Shown here: positions 60,622-64,000 of the stretch, one piece after another | Layout of the letters: the number at the start of each line of letters is the position of its first letter | How positions within the stretch are numbered: position 1 is the first letter of the stretch | Assembly (NCBI RefSeq): GCF_964355755.1 | Contig: NC_092672.1 | Coordinates: forward strand, 19,171,237-19,235,236 | Direction: 5' to 3' | Source of the DNA: Antedon mediterranea | Lineage: Eukaryota > Animalia > Echinodermata | DNA: 64,000 nt | Program-made: the position numbers and the translations under genes | Notes under the pieces: generated by a model | Database searches by the model: none | Seen by the model: the letters and a program-made list of their open reading frames with translations, nothing else | What the model was told of the DNA's origin: nothing

Positions 60622-62979
60622 GAATACAGGTCAACCCGTACCCATGCCAACTCGTACCCACCAACTCGTACCCAAATTTTGGCTTACTCGTACCCAAAAT
60701 TTTGGCTGACCCGTACCCATCATTGGCTGACCCGTACCCATCATTGGCTGGCCCGTACCCAAGTTTAATGCTATTTAAAGTATATTTATATTACATTTAA
60801 ACCCAGTTTTATTAAATTTTTAGATACCAATCATATGTTCGATATTATAATGGCAAAAACTATTGACCTAAAATGTATAATAATATGTACAGACTCGTAC
60901 GTAAAAAGCACAGCTTTCATCGTATTTGCGTACGTCGTATTTATTGGTAAAGTTAATACTTGAGGGCGCTGTTTTATATGGCTCTGTGGAAGATGTCAGT
61001 GGTCGGCTGTGCTGCATTCTATTTTTTTTTCATTTATGAGTTATTAATCTATTATTTTCTACGAATAGTAGTACACGGAATTGAAATACCCACTAGTCTG
61101 TGATGATGAAAACTTGAATTATTAAAAGTAAACATAAATATCTTTTATACATAATTTGTATTTTCATTTTATTTTACAGATAATGAAGTAATGTGCTTTT
61201 TGAAAATCGTTTTAAAACGAATGGTTTTTGTTGTTTTGTTTTGCAAGTTTTGGAAAATATTAAACTGTTTTAACATTTCGAAAATATTTAATACATTTTT
61301 AAATAGTCACTCGTATTTTAAAATCACGAAACTATTTAAGTGGATACCAGCCTCATTGCTGCTATGAGCATTTAGTAGTAGATTAGATTATTGCCGTTTA
61401 TCTAGTATACAATGACGGATGTAAGAGTAATAATAAAAGGTAACTACTGTACTAACCTCCAATAATTTAACATTTAATTACAAACGACGACATTTGCTGT
61501 TATTACGTTTTCATTTTATAATGATTATTACTGTATTATTATGACTAAAAACCGAAATAAATACTACTAAAACTTAAAAAAATCATCTTATCGCTGACAG
61601 ATACGTAAGAACTCAGACACGTGTAGGTAGGCCTTCAGAACGTTTATATTATTTTAGTAAATAAGACGACATCCGTTGCCATGGAAAAACGATCGTAGTT
61701 CATTTCATTTGTCTTATTTGACACATTATAGAATGCGTATTTTTTTTTAAAAAAGGGAATCCCTCGTCAGCAAAAACACGTAGCTGTAAGTTATTGAGGA
61801 AACATCTACCAAAAATGTTTAATTACCGTAAACAAACAGATAATTTTACTGAATTATTTAAGAAAAAAAATAAATAGAAAACGATCATACGCCACATTGA
61901 ACCTTTTGGACACACTACAAATGGACCCGTACAAATGCGTTTTTTTTTTTTTTATAATAAAGAGGAATCCCCATTCAGCAAAAACACGTAGCTGTTATAG
62001 AAGAAAATCTGCCAAAATGTTTAATTGCCTTAGGCTACAGTACGACAGTACGTGTATATGATCATTTCACTGAATTATTAATAAATAAAATATATGGAAA
62101 ATGATCATACGTCATTACTAAGTCGTCTCTTTGACGCCGGCCCTATAAATGCGTGTTTTTTATAATAAAAGGTTAATCCCGGTCAGAAAAAACACGTAAC
62201 ACGAAATCTACGAGTAATTCGACCCCATAGCCCGGCAGGCTTTTCGCTTAAAACAGGGTGTTGTTAATTCAACCAATTTTAAATATACCAAATACAATAG
62301 AAATAATTACTTGATCGAATGTAATCAGGGAAGATAATTAGAATAAAATAAAAGAATAAAAATTGATAAGTATAAAATTATACGTTGTTGGTACTTTACC
62401 TGGGCTTAATTGAATTGTAATACTAACTATACAACAGTTAAAATATTTTTTTATTAATTAATGTTCTCTTACGTAAATAAAAAAGACACATCAAACATAC
62501 GTTTATAAAACTATAATACTAGATTTAAATAAATGTTAACAAATATATGCCTAATTAAACGAAGTCTACAATCAAATCAATGGTCATTTTTATTAGCACA
62601 CATTTCACCGAGACCTGTATGTAAAATAAAAAAACAATTTAAATATAAAAATATTCATACGGCAAAAGCATACCACTAGTTTTACGCCGATCAAATCATT
62701 ACAAGTAATTATTCAAATTGGGTACGAGTAGGCCAAATAATGGGTACGAGTAAGCCAAAAATGGGTACGGGTAAGCCAAAAAATGGGTACGAGTAAGCCA
62801 AATACTTGGGTACGAGTAAGCCAAATATTTAGGTACGAGTTGACATGGGTACGGGTTGGTTTGGGTACGGGTTAGCCAAAGTGGGTACGAGTTGACCAAT
62901 TATTTGGGTACGGGTTAGCCAAGTTGGGTACGAGTTGGCATGGGTACGGGTTGGTTTGGGTACGGGTTGACCAGCACCC
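60622..62979. mobile_element. MuDR/Mutator-like (foldback-type) non-autonomous element, 2358 bp
   Basis: Both ends are built of inverted tandem (ACTCGTACCCA/ACCCGTACCCA) repeats; 9-bp TSD ATTCGGCTC at 60613-60621 and 62980-62988. Confidence 0.9.
61690..62205. repeat. ~200-bp degenerate tandem repeat x3 inside the MuDR-like element
   Basis: ATGCGT(T)n..AATCCC..TCAGCAAAAACACGTA recurs near 61733, 61935 and 62149. Confidence 0.7.
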
Positions 62980-63268
62980 ATTCGGCTCCTCTCGAAGATC
63001 GAGAGAAGACGAATTGTTTATTCGGCCTACCTGATTATAATGTTATTATTAATAGGCTTATTGATGGAAATTCTTCTGTTAATTTAAACGACCTAGGCCC
63101 AAGTGAATATTTTATTGCCAAGGAATCATTAATTAGTAATTATCTGTATATTATTCTTCGCAAGGTAAGGTGTCTAGGCAGGCTTGTTTTAAATACAATA
63201 CAAATACTATAGGAGGCCTAGCCTAGCTTCACCCAACCCAGCAGACTTGTTCTTGGCTATATAATATA

Positions 63269-63454
63269 ACAGATATTGCCTTTTATATCGGTTAAATATA
63301 AGATTTGACATCCCCTCGGGAATGATATTAAGTTCTCGGGGAATATATATTTCCCTCAGCTGGCGCTTCGGGAAATATATATTCCCTCGAACTTAATATC
63401 ATTCCCTCGGGGATGTCAAATCTTATATTTAACCTCTAAGCAGTCAATATCTGT
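63269..63454. mobile_element. Palindromic (hairpin) interspersed element, possibly Crypton-like
   Basis: ~70-bp inverted arms (GGTTAAATATAAGATTTGACATCCCC... / ...GGGGATGTCAAATCTTATATTTAACC) around AGCTGGCGCT. Family assignment from recollection only. Confidence 0.6.
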
Positions 63455-64000
63455 ATAATAGTATAGGGCCTAGAGGTAGGATTGAATAAAAATAATAGTT
63501 CATTTCCATCCATTTATTGGTCTTATCTTTGCAGATTTATGGAATCAACAGTACATGAGATGGCTTTGAAGAACTGTAATAGTACTACTGTAGTAATAAA
63601 ATTGTAAACATCAAATTATATGGCAGAAATAGTGTGTGGAATGAATTTTATTGAATATATGTATCATAATGAGTTTGGAACAAGCAGGATTTTTCAAACG
63701 GGACATAAATTACTTTTGAGACCTGAGTGATACATTTTAATTCTATCAACACCAGCCAGCTCCATCATATTCAAGAGATGGATTCTTTCATAAATGTCCA
63801 TTGTACATAGTATTTGGCTAAATAAATAAAAAAAGAAGTACAGTAGTGGTTTATTTGTTTACATACCCAGACCCATTTAGATGGTTAAAAACAAACACTA
63901 TATGTACTGTCTGGTAGTACATTACCATAGTTACAGTATGACTGTAACCCTAGCACTCGCGTCTAAAGAATTCTATTATGCATATTTTACTATTCTTCAT

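Noticed and set aside
62699-63212. ORFs with YPY/GTG repeats
   Set aside because: Translation of the MuDR terminal repeats.
63530-63820. Exon-like segments near the window end
   Set aside because: Short frames with stops and no recognisable motif; cannot be linked to the HECT gene.

Overview
AT-rich animal (invertebrate) genomic DNA, not prokaryotic. The very frequent TAGGCCTA word and the repeat types suggest an echinoderm-like deuterostome (inference). The left two thirds hold one complete 8-exon T-box gene on the + strand, Tbx1/10-like (CDS 6379..40166, 1542 nt, 513 aa). All exon phases were checked by hand, and three exons are missing from the ORF track. Its introns carry SINE, Helentron and Penelope-like fragments plus minisatellites. 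The right third is a dense cluster of non-autonomous DNA transposons (piggyBac-, Harbinger-, P/hAT-, Kolobok- and MuDR-like, most with identifiable TSDs). It also holds a degenerate IS3EU-like element: a 21-bp palindromic subterminal array, a spliced IS3/IS481-type DDE transposase (+, one frameshift) and a convergent spliced HECT E3 ubiquitin-ligase gene fragment (-, one nonsense codon) that the ORF track misses. No rRNA, CRISPR or bona fide tRNA genes are supported.
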